Position numbers and translations under genes: made by a program. DNA of 64,000 bases from Candidatus Gottesmanbacteria bacterium (GTDB lineage Bacteria; Patescibacteriota; Microgenomatia; UBA10105; UBA927): positions 135,802-199,801 of the forward strand of contig CAIJMI010000005.1 of assembly GCA_903821745.1 (NCBI GenBank), read 5' to 3'. The notes under the pieces are model-generated. The model saw only the letters and a program-made list of their open reading frames with translations. It was not told the origin of the DNA and searched no databases. This document shows positions 50,741 through 60,322 of this stretch, in pieces. The stretch's first letter is position 1. Each line of letters begins with the position of its first letter.

Positions 50741-51545
50741 ATATACCTCCTATACTTTTTTTTGCTTGTACCAAAATCCCGCTTCCTACTGTTACAATTC
50801 GCTCCTTCCCGCCTCCGCGAACGTAAAAAGCGCCGAGTGATTGTCCGAAAATTCCGACCAAGACCCATTGATTGGCGCTTAGGTGTCCCCAGTATACCGT
50901 ATGTTCCCCAAAGAACTCAACTGCAAATGCGGAGAGGGAAAACAAAATAAAAAACCACATCGCAATACTGCCATCCTGCCAGGCATGTTTTTTTGCAGCG
51001 CGCTTCACCAGAACAAGAATACCAATAATACCAATCATGGCAAGTAAACTATACAGTTGTATCGGATGCCGCCTCCCAAGAAACCCACCATAGAAAACTG
51101 CCCATTTGACCGCAGCAACTTTTCCAACAATTGACCCATCAAGAAATCCTCCGATAAGTCCAACAACATACGCCCACATAAACGAAAGAGAAAATGCATC
51201 AAGTATATGGGCAACACGAATTTTGTGCTTCATAGCAAAAAAGACGAGCATCACCACCGCACCAAGGAGAGCTCCATAAAGGGATAATCCCGGTTGTACC
51301 CACAGCGCGACTACTCGAAGCCAGTTTGCAAAAAATAAGGACACATGACTGATCACAAACCCAAAACGAGCAACGACAAGTGCCACAAGCGTTGTTGCAA
51401 ACATCGCATCAAAGGTCTGTTCATCATGTATAGCCAGAGATCGAAGATGTCGCCAAAAGGTAAATGACCAGATAATCCAAGCAAAAATCAAAAAAATACT
51501 AAAACTATACAAGTGAAATGAACCGATTGAAAAAAGTATTGGCAT
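50703..51545 (-). CDS. lgt: Prolipoprotein diacylglyceryl transferase.
   Basis: Lgt signature GRRHPIQLYS (RHPSQLYE-like) and a polytopic membrane profile. The ORF-track N-terminal extension (to 51734) is not Lgt-like, so the start is moved to Met 51545. Confidence 0.78.
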   Translation of the reverse strand: MPILFSIGSFHLYSFSIFLIFAWIIWSFTFWRHLRSLAIHDEQTFDAMFATTLVALVVARFGFVISHVSLFFANWLRVVALWVQPGLSLYGALLGAVVMLVFFAMKHKIRVAHILDAFSLSFMWAYVVGLIGGFLDGSIVGKVAAVKWAVFYGGFLGRRHPIQLYSLLAMIGIIGILVLVKRAAKKHAWQDGSIAMWFFILFSLSAFAVEFFGEHTVYWGHLSANQWVLVGIFGQSLGAFYVRGGGKERIVTVGSGILVQAKKSIGGIYAKFSKRNTQGN

Positions 51546-51617
51546 CATACATAAAAAGTATACCCCACATGGTGCAGTTGCTTCCAGTAGGCAGTTTGCC
51601 ATACAATAAGAGAACAT

Positions 51618-52091
51618 ATGATGGCTACCGCTCACACCTTGGTTGCAGGCGCAATCGCTGCAAAAGTCGGAAATCCCAGCCTCGCCCTGCCACTCGCCCT
51701 CACCTCGCATTTTATCCTTGATAGCATTCCACACTGGGATTTTGGAACCAGTTGGCGAAAACGAACGAAATTTGCAACGGGCGCATTTGCAATAGTCGAT
51801 ACCGTCATCGGCATTTCCCTTACCTGGTTTATGTTTGCACCCAAAGTTACCCCACTACTTCTTGCGAGCTGTTTGATGCTTTCCGTTATACCAGATTGGA
51901 TGGAAGCGCCTTGGTATATCTTTTTTGCAGATCCGAAACACAAAGGACCCAAAAAAAACGCGGGTCTGTTTGAAAAAGTATTTTACGGAGTCTACAAATG
52001 TACAAATAAAGCACATACAAAAGCACCATTTCCTTGGGGACTTATCTCACAAATTGCAACCGTTACATTTTTTTTGCTTGTGCTTCAATAA
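51618..52091 (+). CDS. Hypothetical membrane protein.
   Basis: Four predicted TM helices. No motif recognised. Confidence 0.4.
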   Translation: MMATAHTLVAGAIAAKVGNPSLALPLALTSHFILDSIPHWDFGTSWRKRTKFATGAFAIVDTVIGISLTWFMFAPKVTPLLLASCLMLSVIPDWMEAPWYIFFADPKHKGPKKNAGLFEKVFYGVYKCTNKAHTKAPFPWGLISQIATVTFFLLVLQ

Positions 52092-53583
52092 AGGATAAGA
52101 TTGTCCGAACACCAAATCCTGTGCCACCATACCGTGTCAATGCTGTTTCTTTTTCCGCAAATGCTGGTCCTGCAATATCAATATGTGCCCATGGCATATG
52201 TTCATTCACGAATTCTTTCAAAAATAATGCACCCGTTATTGCACCCCCATAATGTACTTTTGAAACATTTGCAATATCTGCAATCGGGCTTTTTAAATCT
52301 TTCTCATATGCTGTTGCAATCGGCATTCTCCATAACTTTTCCCCTGCAATTAGACCGGCCGCAAGGATTCCCTGAGCCAGGGCAGTATCATCAGAAAATA
52401 CACCAGCAATATCCTCGCCAAGCGCAACCACACACGCTCCGGTGAGCGTTGCAAGGTCGATAATACAGTCGGATATAATATATTTTTCCGCATACGATAG
52501 TGCATCAGCCAAGATAAGTCTACCTTCTGCATCGGTATTTAACACTTCAATGGTTTTTCCATTCATTGCCCGGACAACATCTCCTGGCTTCATTGCGTGT
52601 CCGCTGGGCATATTTTCACACGCAGCAATCAATCCGACAACGTTAATTTTTGGTTTAAGCGATGCGAGTGCCTCAAAAACACCGAGAATTGCGGCGGCTC
52701 CCGCCATATCACACTTCATCGTTTCCATACTTGAAGAAGGTTTGATGGACAATCCACCCGAATCATACGTAATGCCTTTTCCTACCAAACAAATCGTTTT
52801 CTTTCCCCCGCCGTGATAGGAAAGTTTGATAAACTTTGGTTCTTCGTTGGATCCTCTGGAAACACCAAGCAACGAACCCATACCGAATTTCGTTATTTCT
52901 TTTTTACCAAATACCCTACACATGATTGTTTTTTGTTTTGCAAGAGATTTTGCAGCACGTGCAAGTGCAGACGGTGTCATCACAGAAGACGGTTCATTGA
53001 CGAGATCACGCGCAAATATCGTTCCTGAAGCACGATTTGATCCGTCAATAATCCCCTTCATGGTTTCGGTCACCTGAGATGCTGATACGACAACCGTCAC
53101 AATTGCAATATCTTTTTCTTTTTCCTGAATTTTTTTACTTTTATACGGCAAAAATGCATAGGAACCGAATCCGACTGCTTCCGTCAATAAGCGTGCCGTC
53201 AAAAATGAAGTAAAACGCTCTAAAATTTCCTTAGGAAGAGAAAGTACAACAGATGCCGCATGGCTTTGTTTTGCACGTACTATTGAAGCAGCAACAGCGG
53301 ATTGAAAATCAAATGCCGTCATCTCCTGGAGCCTGCCACATCCGACAATAATCACCCGCGTATACGGAAGCATACCATGTGACTGCACGACAAATATTGC
53401 ACCAACTGTCGGTTCAAAGTCTTCTGACTTCAATAACTTCTTCACTTCCCCTTTCAGTCGTTCATCAACATATGCACTATCCGAAAAATAAACGGGAGAT
53501 GAATTTGTATCAGATCCAACAAACACGACAAGCGTGTCAGCAGCAACTGAAAACAAGGATTTCGCGGTGGTATAGAATTTCAT
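52063..53583 (-). CDS. pepA: Leucyl aminopeptidase (M17 family).
   Basis: M17 signature NTDAEGRL (VLNTDAEGRLILADAL) and metal-ligand context. Confidence 0.9.
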   Translation of the reverse strand: MKFYTTAKSLFSVAADTLVVFVGSDTNSSPVYFSDSAYVDERLKGEVKKLLKSEDFEPTVGAIFVVQSHGMLPYTRVIIVGCGRLQEMTAFDFQSAVAASIVRAKQSHAASVVLSLPKEILERFTSFLTARLLTEAVGFGSYAFLPYKSKKIQEKEKDIAIVTVVVSASQVTETMKGIIDGSNRASGTIFARDLVNEPSSVMTPSALARAAKSLAKQKTIMCRVFGKKEITKFGMGSLLGVSRGSNEEPKFIKLSYHGGGKKTICLVGKGITYDSGGLSIKPSSSMETMKCDMAGAAAILGVFEALASLKPKINVVGLIAACENMPSGHAMKPGDVVRAMNGKTIEVLNTDAEGRLILADALSYAEKYIISDCIIDLATLTGACVVALGEDIAGVFSDDTALAQGILAAGLIAGEKLWRMPIATAYEKDLKSPIADIANVSKVHYGGAITGALFLKEFVNEHMPWAHIDIAGPAFAEKETALTRYGGTGFGVRTILSFIEAQAKKM

Positions 53584-53639
53584 AATTATCTCGTACGGAG
53601 CGTATTATAGCACCAGGAAGAAAAATGTTAGACTTTTTG

Positions 53640-53724
53640 TGCTGAGAGAGGGACTCGAACCCTCACGGAGTATTATCTCCACAAGTTTTTGAGACTTGCG
53701 CGTATACCATTCCGCCACCTCAGC
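53640..53724 (-). tRNA. tRNA-Leu (anticodon CAA) with a long variable arm.
   Basis: Reverse complement is GCTGAGG-TG-GCGGAATGGTATACGC-GC-AAGTC[CTCAAAA]ACTTG-TGGAGATAATACTCCGTGA-GGGTTCGAGTCCCTC-TCTCAGC-A. 7-bp acceptor stem, U33, anticodon CAA, T-loop TTCGAGT. No encoded CCA. Confidence 0.85.
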
Positions 53725-53778
53725 AGCACGTTAAATTATACAACGAAGTAACGATTTAGCGAAGAACAGTTGTCCTTA

Positions 53779-55134
53779 CTATGGACTCTCCCCTTGTTTA
53801 TGTTCAACGCCGAAGAATCGGATTCGGTCACCACGAAACACCAAATCAATTTCACCAAGTGGCCCGTTTCTGTGTTTTGCAACACGAAGTTTGGTAGGAA
53901 TTTGATCACCCCATTGCGTCATATCCGCTTCTTCGCGGTACAAAAACATAACAACGTCCGCGTCCTGTTCAATGGATCCTGACTCCCGAAGGTCGGATAA
54001 TTCTGGAACTCGGGTTCCACGGGATTCAACGGCACGCGACAGTTGTGAGCAAGCAAGAACCGGAACGTTGAGTTCACGGGCTAAATTTTTAAAACTTTGT
54101 GAAATCATGGAGACCTCCTGCACCCGGCTATCAAGACGCCTTCCAGGATCAGCAAGTTGCAAGTAGTCGATGATAATCAGTTTTACCCCAAATTCCATTT
54201 GTAGTCGTCTTGCTTTCGTCCGCATTTCCAAAATATTTAATCCCGGTGTGTCATCAATATAAATAGGAGCTTCTGCCAGTTGTCCCATAGCATCAGACAG
54301 TTTCGTAAAATCATCATCAGATAACTTCCCGGTTTTTAGCTTCCATGCATCGATATCTGCTTGCGCAACAAGCAGACGATCTACTAACTCTTCTTTGCTC
54401 ATTTCAAGAGAAAAAATGCCAACCGGAACTTTTTCATGAACCGAGACATATTGGGCAATGTTTAAAATCATTGCGGTCTTTCCAGTACCCGGACGGGCTG
54501 CAAGAATAATTAAGTTGGCATCCTGCATACCGGCAAGTTTCATATCCAAATCATGAAACCCGGTAGCAACTCCGCGAAGTCCTCCAGCCCGTTTATGGAG
54601 TTCATCCAAACGGTCAAAAGAAGATGCAAGTGCGTCTTTAATCGGAATAAAATCCCGCTTCATCGCATGCTGGGAAATAGAAAAGATATGCTGCTCTGCA
54701 CTATCAAGAATGGACTGCACTTCCCCGGATTCCTTAAATGCCAGTTCATTTATTTCTGCAGCAGCTGAAATTAACAACCGTTTCGTGTTGTATTCTTTAA
54801 TAATCCGACCGTACTGTTCAGCGTTTGCTGCCGTTGGAACAACGTTCACGAGTTCATTAATAACCGATGCTCCCCCAACGCTCGTGAGATTCCCCTGTTT
54901 TTTGAGCTCATTGACAACAGTGACTACATCAATAGGATCATGCCGTTCATACAGGGCCATCATGGACGCAAATATGAGTCCGAAGTGTTCGTTATAAAAA
55001 TGTTCCGGACGAAGAAACTCCACCACATCAATCATGGCATCCTTATCAAGAAGAATGGCACCTAAGACCGACTGCTCGGCGCTGTCGTCATGCGGAGGAA
55101 CTTTTGGATTTTGCATATCACTCAAGAACAACAA
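53779..55134 (-). CDS. dnaB: Replicative DNA helicase DnaB.
   Basis: N-terminal DnaB domain (AEQSVLGAILLD). RecA-like Walker A ARPGTGKTA. No intein. Confidence 0.92.
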   Translation of the reverse strand: MLFLSDMQNPKVPPHDDSAEQSVLGAILLDKDAMIDVVEFLRPEHFYNEHFGLIFASMMALYERHDPIDVVTVVNELKKQGNLTSVGGASVINELVNVVPTAANAEQYGRIIKEYNTKRLLISAAAEINELAFKESGEVQSILDSAEQHIFSISQHAMKRDFIPIKDALASSFDRLDELHKRAGGLRGVATGFHDLDMKLAGMQDANLIILAARPGTGKTAMILNIAQYVSVHEKVPVGIFSLEMSKEELVDRLLVAQADIDAWKLKTGKLSDDDFTKLSDAMGQLAEAPIYIDDTPGLNILEMRTKARRLQMEFGVKLIIIDYLQLADPGRRLDSRVQEVSMISQSFKNLARELNVPVLACSQLSRAVESRGTRVPELSDLRESGSIEQDADVVMFLYREEADMTQWGDQIPTKLRVAKHRNGPLGEIDLVFRGDRIRFFGVEHKQGESP

Positions 55135-55747
55135 TCTGCATCTCTTCTGGAATTTTGCCTTTGGAGATAGCTAGTTTCGGTTGGGCAACGACCGTTTCTT
55201 TTTCCATTTCTTTTAAGAACGCTGAAACCGGTGATAATTCTTTTATGGTAATACCCGGACGATCATAATGCATAGGAATGACAATTTTTGGTTCTATCTC
55301 AGCAATTATTTTTTTTGCCTGCGCTGCATCAATCGTATATGTTCCGCCCACCGGAATAAACAAAATGTCCACGCCATCAAGAAGATCAATTTCGGCTGTT
55401 GTTAACAGTCGTCCCAAATCGCCAAGATGCACAATGTTTAAATCTTCCATTTCAATCCGAAAAACAGTACTTTTCTCTGGAGCGTCTCCACCGTGTTCTG
55501 TATTAAATCCAATCACACCAACACCTTTAATGTCATATTCTCCTGCGCCCTGGACAACAAATGGATCGCCTTCAAGCTGTGATACATCATTGTGATCTTT
55601 GTGCGTATGTGAGACCGTTACAATGTCACATGCGGTATGTTTTGGAAATTTTAAACCGGTGAAATTTGAATCAAACGGATCCATAACCAACGTCACGGAT
55701 TTTCCTTTTAATTTGAATGACGAATGACCTAAAGATATGATGTCCAT
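55118..55747 (-). CDS. MBL-fold metallo-hydrolase.
   Basis: HxHxDH motif (VSHTHKDHND) and downstream His/Asp ligands. Confidence 0.8.
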   Translation of the reverse strand: MDIISLGHSSFKLKGKSVTLVMDPFDSNFTGLKFPKHTACDIVTVSHTHKDHNDVSQLEGDPFVVQGAGEYDIKGVGVIGFNTEHGGDAPEKSTVFRIEMEDLNIVHLGDLGRLLTTAEIDLLDGVDILFIPVGGTYTIDAAQAKKIIAEIEPKIVIPMHYDRPGITIKELSPVSAFLKEMEKETVVAQPKLAISKGKIPEEMQIVVLE

Positions 55748-55802
55748 ATGCTTGCATTTTATACCACGTCTCGTGTATGCTTAGCAACACCTCAAAAAAA
55801 TT

Positions 55803-56273
55803 ATGAACAAGGACGCGCTATTTGCAACATTAATCGGACTTGGTATCGGACTCTTGCTCACCGGTATTATTCTTGTCGGTCCATCAGTAGCAAAATCATT
55901 ACCCACGATTAAATTACCAACGATTTCCAAAATTAGTCTTCTCTCTTTTTCATTCCCCAAAAAAGCAACACCCACACCCACCGTTGATACCACAAAACAA
56001 TCAAGACACAAACTTACTATCGATAGTCCGCTTCCTGATGCCATTGAAACAACAGAGAGTCTCCTTATTTCAGGCGCTACATCAACCAGCGCAACCGTTG
56101 TCATTCAAGGACAACTTGATGATAGTGTCATCGTAACAACCGCTGATGGAAAATATGCGGGAAAGATTACGCTTGTTGAAGGGAAAAACGACATAACTGT
56201 CACCAGTTATAGCACCGCCAAAGAACAAAAGGTACAAACAGTCACCGTCTACTTTACACCGGAACAATGGTAA
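55803..56273 (+). CDS. Membrane-anchored hypothetical protein with a Thr-rich linker and a beta-rich domain.
   Basis: N-terminal TM, TPTPT linker, Ig-like C-terminal region. Confidence 0.4.
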   Translation: MNKDALFATLIGLGIGLLLTGIILVGPSVAKSLPTIKLPTISKISLLSFSFPKKATPTPTVDTTKQSRHKLTIDSPLPDAIETTESLLISGATSTSATVVIQGQLDDSVIVTTADGKYAGKITLVEGKNDITVTSYSTAKEQKVQTVTVYFTPEQW

Positions 56274-57037
56274 GAACTATGAAAACAACATTCTCTATTT
56301 TTATTACGATACTTTTTCTTGCAAGCGTATGTTCACCGGTTGTTGCACAAACTGCAACATTGTCTGCAACTCCAACGACTGCAACAGATAAAGCACAACA
56401 GCTCGAAAGTCTCAAAGACCGTCTCGCAACAAAAGTTGCAGAGCTTCGACAATCACAACGTATGGCAGTATTTGGGACTATTAAATCCGTCAGCATTTCA
56501 ACATTTACCGTTGAAACCAAAACCAAAGATTTAAAAATTGAACTGACCGATGATATTAAAGTCTTTCAAATGCTCAAAGGAAAACGAACAGCTCTCAAAA
56601 CAGACAATCTGGAAAAGGGTGATATCGTAACGGTCTTTGGAGAATACGACAACACGTTAGAACTTTTAAAAACAAGCGTCGTCTTTATTCAAGGAGTAGC
56701 ACCACTTCAGGTTTCAGGAACAATTACAGAAACAAACAAAACTGACTACACCATTACCATCACAGCGCCAGACAGTAAAACATACATCATTGATTTTGAA
56801 ACAACTACCAAAACATCCTTGTGGAATGGAAGTGCCCTTGTCAAAGGCGGATTTTCCACGTTTACAGTTGGTGACATCATTCATGTAACAGGATCCGCAG
56901 TTGCTAAAAAAGAAAACCGAATCAGTGCCAGCCGAATTGTCGATATCACACCACAAGTAAAAGGTGCGTCAACATCGGCAACTCCAACAAAAGCAGCAAC
57001 ACCAACTACAATCCTCAAAACAACCCCTACGCCGTAA
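56267..57037 (+). CDS. Secreted hypothetical protein.
   Basis: Signal peptide (FLASVCSPVVAQT), coiled-coil, then beta-rich repeats. Thr/Pro-rich C-terminus. Confidence 0.4.
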   Translation: MVRTMKTTFSIFITILFLASVCSPVVAQTATLSATPTTATDKAQQLESLKDRLATKVAELRQSQRMAVFGTIKSVSISTFTVETKTKDLKIELTDDIKVFQMLKGKRTALKTDNLEKGDIVTVFGEYDNTLELLKTSVVFIQGVAPLQVSGTITETNKTDYTITITAPDSKTYIIDFETTTKTSLWNGSALVKGGFSTFTVGDIIHVTGSAVAKKENRISASRIVDITPQVKGASTSATPTKAATPTTILKTTPTP

Positions 57038-57116
57038 CATTTTTTTCTTTCGCTTCAAAAATCAGGAATTGAACTAAGAGGTATAAACCTTGTATGATGA
57101 ATAAGGAGTACATTTT

Positions 57117-58325
57117 ATGATGAAAGCACAAACACTCAAAGGATTTCGAGATTTCTTGCCGGAGGAAGCTTCAAAACGCCAACGCGTGATGGAAATATTT
57201 CGGTTGGTCTTCACACGCTTTGGATTTGAACCCCTTGAAACACCGGCACTTGAATACGCAGAAACCCTCACCGGAAAATACGGATCAGAAGCAGATAAAT
57301 TGTTGTATTTATTTAAAGATAACGGTGACCGCGAAGTGGGACTTCGCTATGACCAGACCGTTCCCCTTTCTCGGGTGATGGCCGAGTACCAGGATATTCC
57401 GCTTCCATTTAAGCGGTATCAAATGCAACCAGTGTGGCGTGCAGAAAATACACAAAAAGGGAGATTCCGGGAATTTATGCAGTGCGACATCGATATCGTT
57501 GGCGCTGCAAACGAAACAGCAGATGTAGAGATTATCACCGCTACAATCGAGGCACTTCGTGCACTCAAATTGCCTGATCCGATGATTACCATCAATGACC
57601 GAACTTTGTTTGATTATTACAAAGTTTCAAAACAAGAAATTATTGCAATTGATAAACTCGATAAGATCGGCAAAGATGCAGTCATTGAACTGTTGGAAAA
57701 AGGTGGACGAAAAGATGCAAAAAATCTGTTTTCAACATTTGAAAAATCTGCAAAAACGGCAAAGCTCAAAAACATATTTACCATGCTTTCCAGTCAAGGG
57801 TACAAGGAAGGCGTTGATTACCGGTTCTCCCCGTTTCTTGCCAGGGGCCTTGATTACTACACGTCAACCATTTTTGAAGCAAATATTCCAAGTTATCCAG
57901 CAGGATCCATTGCAGGTGGCGGCAGATATGATGACCTCATTGGGCTTTTTAGTGGAAAACCCCTACCAGCTGTCGGTATTGCATTTGGATTTGACCGCGT
58001 CATAGAAATTCTTGAAGAAAAAAAGCTTCTGGAAACAAAAGAAACGGGTGCAACCGTACTTGTTACTGTCTTTGATGAAAGCTCACGTATCGCATCCGGA
58101 GAAATTGCTTCTAAATTGCGATCTGGCGGCGTCAATACCGACCTCTACCTTGAACCAGCAAAACTCGAAAAGCAACTGAAATATGCAGACAAGAAAAAAA
58201 TCCCATACGCAATTGTACAAGGACCGGATGAAAAAACAAATGAAGTAGTTCAACTTAAAAACATGAAGACAAGGGAAAACAAACTGATGACTATAGAAGA
58301 TGTCATCAAAACGCTTGGGATATGA
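57117..58325 (+). CDS. hisS: Histidyl-tRNA synthetase, short form.
   Basis: HisRS motifs GLRYDQTVPLSRV and GGGRYDDL. Class II core plus a C-terminal anticodon-binding domain. Confidence 0.9.
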   Translation: MMKAQTLKGFRDFLPEEASKRQRVMEIFRLVFTRFGFEPLETPALEYAETLTGKYGSEADKLLYLFKDNGDREVGLRYDQTVPLSRVMAEYQDIPLPFKRYQMQPVWRAENTQKGRFREFMQCDIDIVGAANETADVEIITATIEALRALKLPDPMITINDRTLFDYYKVSKQEIIAIDKLDKIGKDAVIELLEKGGRKDAKNLFSTFEKSAKTAKLKNIFTMLSSQGYKEGVDYRFSPFLARGLDYYTSTIFEANIPSYPAGSIAGGGRYDDLIGLFSGKPLPAVGIAFGFDRVIEILEEKKLLETKETGATVLVTVFDESSRIASGEIASKLRSGGVNTDLYLEPAKLEKQLKYADKKKIPYAIVQGPDEKTNEVVQLKNMKTRENKLMTIEDVIKTLGI

Positions 58326-59257
58326 CTTCTGTCCAAAAAGGGGTGTTAAGTCTCATCATCGCAAACATCATCTGGGGATTTGCCTCTCCTATTTTTAAGT
58401 GGAGTCTGACCAACATTCCCCCATTCACTCTCGCGTTCCTCAGATTTTTTATCGCGGCTATTCTTCTTGCTATTATTCTGAGAAAAAAATTAACCATGCC
58501 GATTACCAATTCCCACGACTTCTGGCTTTTGATGATCAATGCACTCACCGGAATTACTGCAAATATCACATTCTTTTTCCTTGGGCTGCGACTTACTCTT
58601 GCCATGAATGTTCCAGTCATTGCATCTTCACAACCTATTATGGTTTTTTTATTTGCGTATCTGTTCTTAAAAGAAAAACTCAAATTCAAAAAAGCATTAG
58701 GTATGATTATCGGAACTATCGGTATTCTCATTATCGTCCTTGAACCGATTTACTATCGTGGGATTGATGGAAATGCCATTGGTAATTTTCTCATTATTCT
58801 GGCAACCATCAGCGGCGCAATTGGCATATTGACAGGTCGTCAGGTATTTCAAAAGTATGATCCGTTTATCCTGACGTTTTGGACATTTATCATTGGTGCG
58901 ATATCCTTTTTACCCCCTGCAATAGTCGAGTACATCAGACAACCAACCCTCTACCAACAACTGGATATTCGCGGCATTACCGGTATCGTATTTGGCTCGA
59001 TATTTTCAAGTATGATTGCCTATTCGCTCCTTTCCTACGGACTTTCCAAGGTTCAAGCAAGTGAAGCATCACTGTTTACCTATATAGACCCGATTGCAGG
59101 CACAATTCTTGCCTATTTCATGCTGAAGGAACCCATTACCATTCCTTTTATCATCGGGGGTGCATTTATCTTTCTGGGTATTTATATCGCTGAACGCAGG
59201 ATTAATTACCATCCGTTTGCAAAATTACGCCGAGATTTAGCCTCCAAAACTCCCTAA
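58322..59257 (+). CDS. EamA/DMT-family transporter.
   Basis: Ten TM helices with a duplicated EamA architecture. 4-nt overlap with hisS. Confidence 0.75.
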   Translation: MTSVQKGVLSLIIANIIWGFASPIFKWSLTNIPPFTLAFLRFFIAAILLAIILRKKLTMPITNSHDFWLLMINALTGITANITFFFLGLRLTLAMNVPVIASSQPIMVFLFAYLFLKEKLKFKKALGMIIGTIGILIIVLEPIYYRGIDGNAIGNFLIILATISGAIGILTGRQVFQKYDPFILTFWTFIIGAISFLPPAIVEYIRQPTLYQQLDIRGITGIVFGSIFSSMIAYSLLSYGLSKVQASEASLFTYIDPIAGTILAYFMLKEPITIPFIIGGAFIFLGIYIAERRINYHPFAKLRRDLASKTP

Positions 59258-59295
59258 TTCCAATTTTGCTTTCGTTTGTGTATAATAGACTTCTT

Positions 59296-59604
59296 ATGCA
59301 AGCCGGAATTCATCCAACATGGTTTGAAGACGCAAAAGTGACGTGTGCCTGTGGCAACACGTTTACTGTTGGCGCATCAAAAGCAGAAATCCGTGTCGAT
59401 ATCTGTTCCAAATGCCACCCGTTCTTCACGGGAGAAATGAAGTTTGTTGACACCATGGGTCGCGTTGAAAAATTCCAACAGAAACAAAAAGAAGCAGCTG
59501 CAAAAGTGTCTATGCTTATGGAAAAGAAAAAGAAAAAGAAAGAACACGAAGAACAACTCCGCAATCCAAAATCACTCCGTGAGATGCTCATGGGAGCAAA
59601 GTAA
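59296..59604 (+). CDS. rpmE: Ribosomal protein L31 with a ~35-aa Lys/Glu-rich C-terminal extension.
   Basis: [20 protein letters not shown]...[14 protein letters not shown] is canonical L31 with its zinc ribbon. ATG 59296. The ORF-track TTG at 59266 is rejected. Confidence 0.88.
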   Translation: MQAGIHPTWFEDAKVTCACGNTFTVGASKAEIRVDICSKCHPFFTGEMKFVDTMGRVEKFQQKQKEAAAKVSMLMEKKKKKKEHEEQLRNPKSLREMLMGAK

Positions 59605-59623
59605 AAAAATTCGAGTACAGACT

Positions 59624-60322
59624 ATGAACCCCAATATTGTTACGCTTGAATTCCGCGCAGGCCCTGGAGGCGAAGAGGCAAAAATCTGGTCCATGGATCT
59701 CATGCGTATGTACACGCGGTATGCCAATATGTTAGGCTGGAAAGTCGAAGAAATTGCAGACAATGCAATCCGCATAAAAGGTGAAGGAGCATTTACAAAA
59801 CTCCAGTATGAAGCAGGCACCCACAGGGTTCAGCGAATACCTACCACAGAGCGTCAAGGACGAATCCACACATCAACCGCAACCGTCGCAGCACTTCCTG
59901 AAATTCCAGAAGCAGATATTGAAATCCATCCGGAAGATATTACCTGGGAATTTTACCGGGCAGGAGGCAAAGGCGGACAAAATGTCAATAAAGTTAGCTC
60001 TGCAGTCAGACTTCGCCATATGCCAACAGGACTCGTCGTCACCTGTCAATCAGAACGGGATCAGTTTCAAAATCGACAGGTTGCATTATCCCTTCTCCGG
60101 GCAAAACTTTGGGAAAAACGGGAAATGGAACAATCAGCAGCACTATCAGAACAGCGGTCAATCATTGGTCGAGGGATGCGGGCGGAAAAAATAAGAACGT
60201 ACAATTTTCCTCAAGACCGCGTGACAGATCACCGAATCAACAAATCATTCCATAACATTGATGGAATCATGGATGGAAAACTACAGAAAATAACGGAATC
60301 AATGACCGAATTACTTAAGTAA
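59624..60322 (+). CDS. prfA: Class I peptide chain release factor, RF1-like, lacking N-terminal domain 1.
   Basis: PxT-type tripeptide motif region RIPTTERQGRIHTS (RF1 has RVPATESQGRIHTS). GGQ motif (GGKGGQNVNKV). Begins at the equivalent of E. coli RF1 residue ~108. The upstream in-frame ORF-track extension is a K-rich sequence overlapping rpmE. Confidence 0.8.
   Translation: MNPNIVTLEFRAGPGGEEAKIWSMDLMRMYTRYANMLGWKVEEIADNAIRIKGEGAFTKLQYEAGTHRVQRIPTTERQGRIHTSTATVAALPEIPEADIEIHPEDITWEFYRAGGKGGQNVNKVSSAVRLRHMPTGLVVTCQSERDQFQNRQVALSLLRAKLWEKREMEQSAALSEQRSIIGRGMRAEKIRTYNFPQDRVTDHRINKSFHNIDGIMDGKLQKITESMTELLK

Noticed and set aside
50703-51734. Full-length 343-aa ORF as lgt
   Set aside because: The N-terminal 63 residues (Cys/Trp-rich) are not Lgt-like. 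Met at 51545 gives a typical ~280-aa Lgt with the first TM at the N-terminus.
59266-59295. TTG start extension of rpmE, and the 59444 upstream start of the release factor
   Set aside because: L31 homology begins at MQAGIHP (ATG 59296). The release-factor extension is a K-rich out-of-frame overlap with rpmE and is not RF domain 1.
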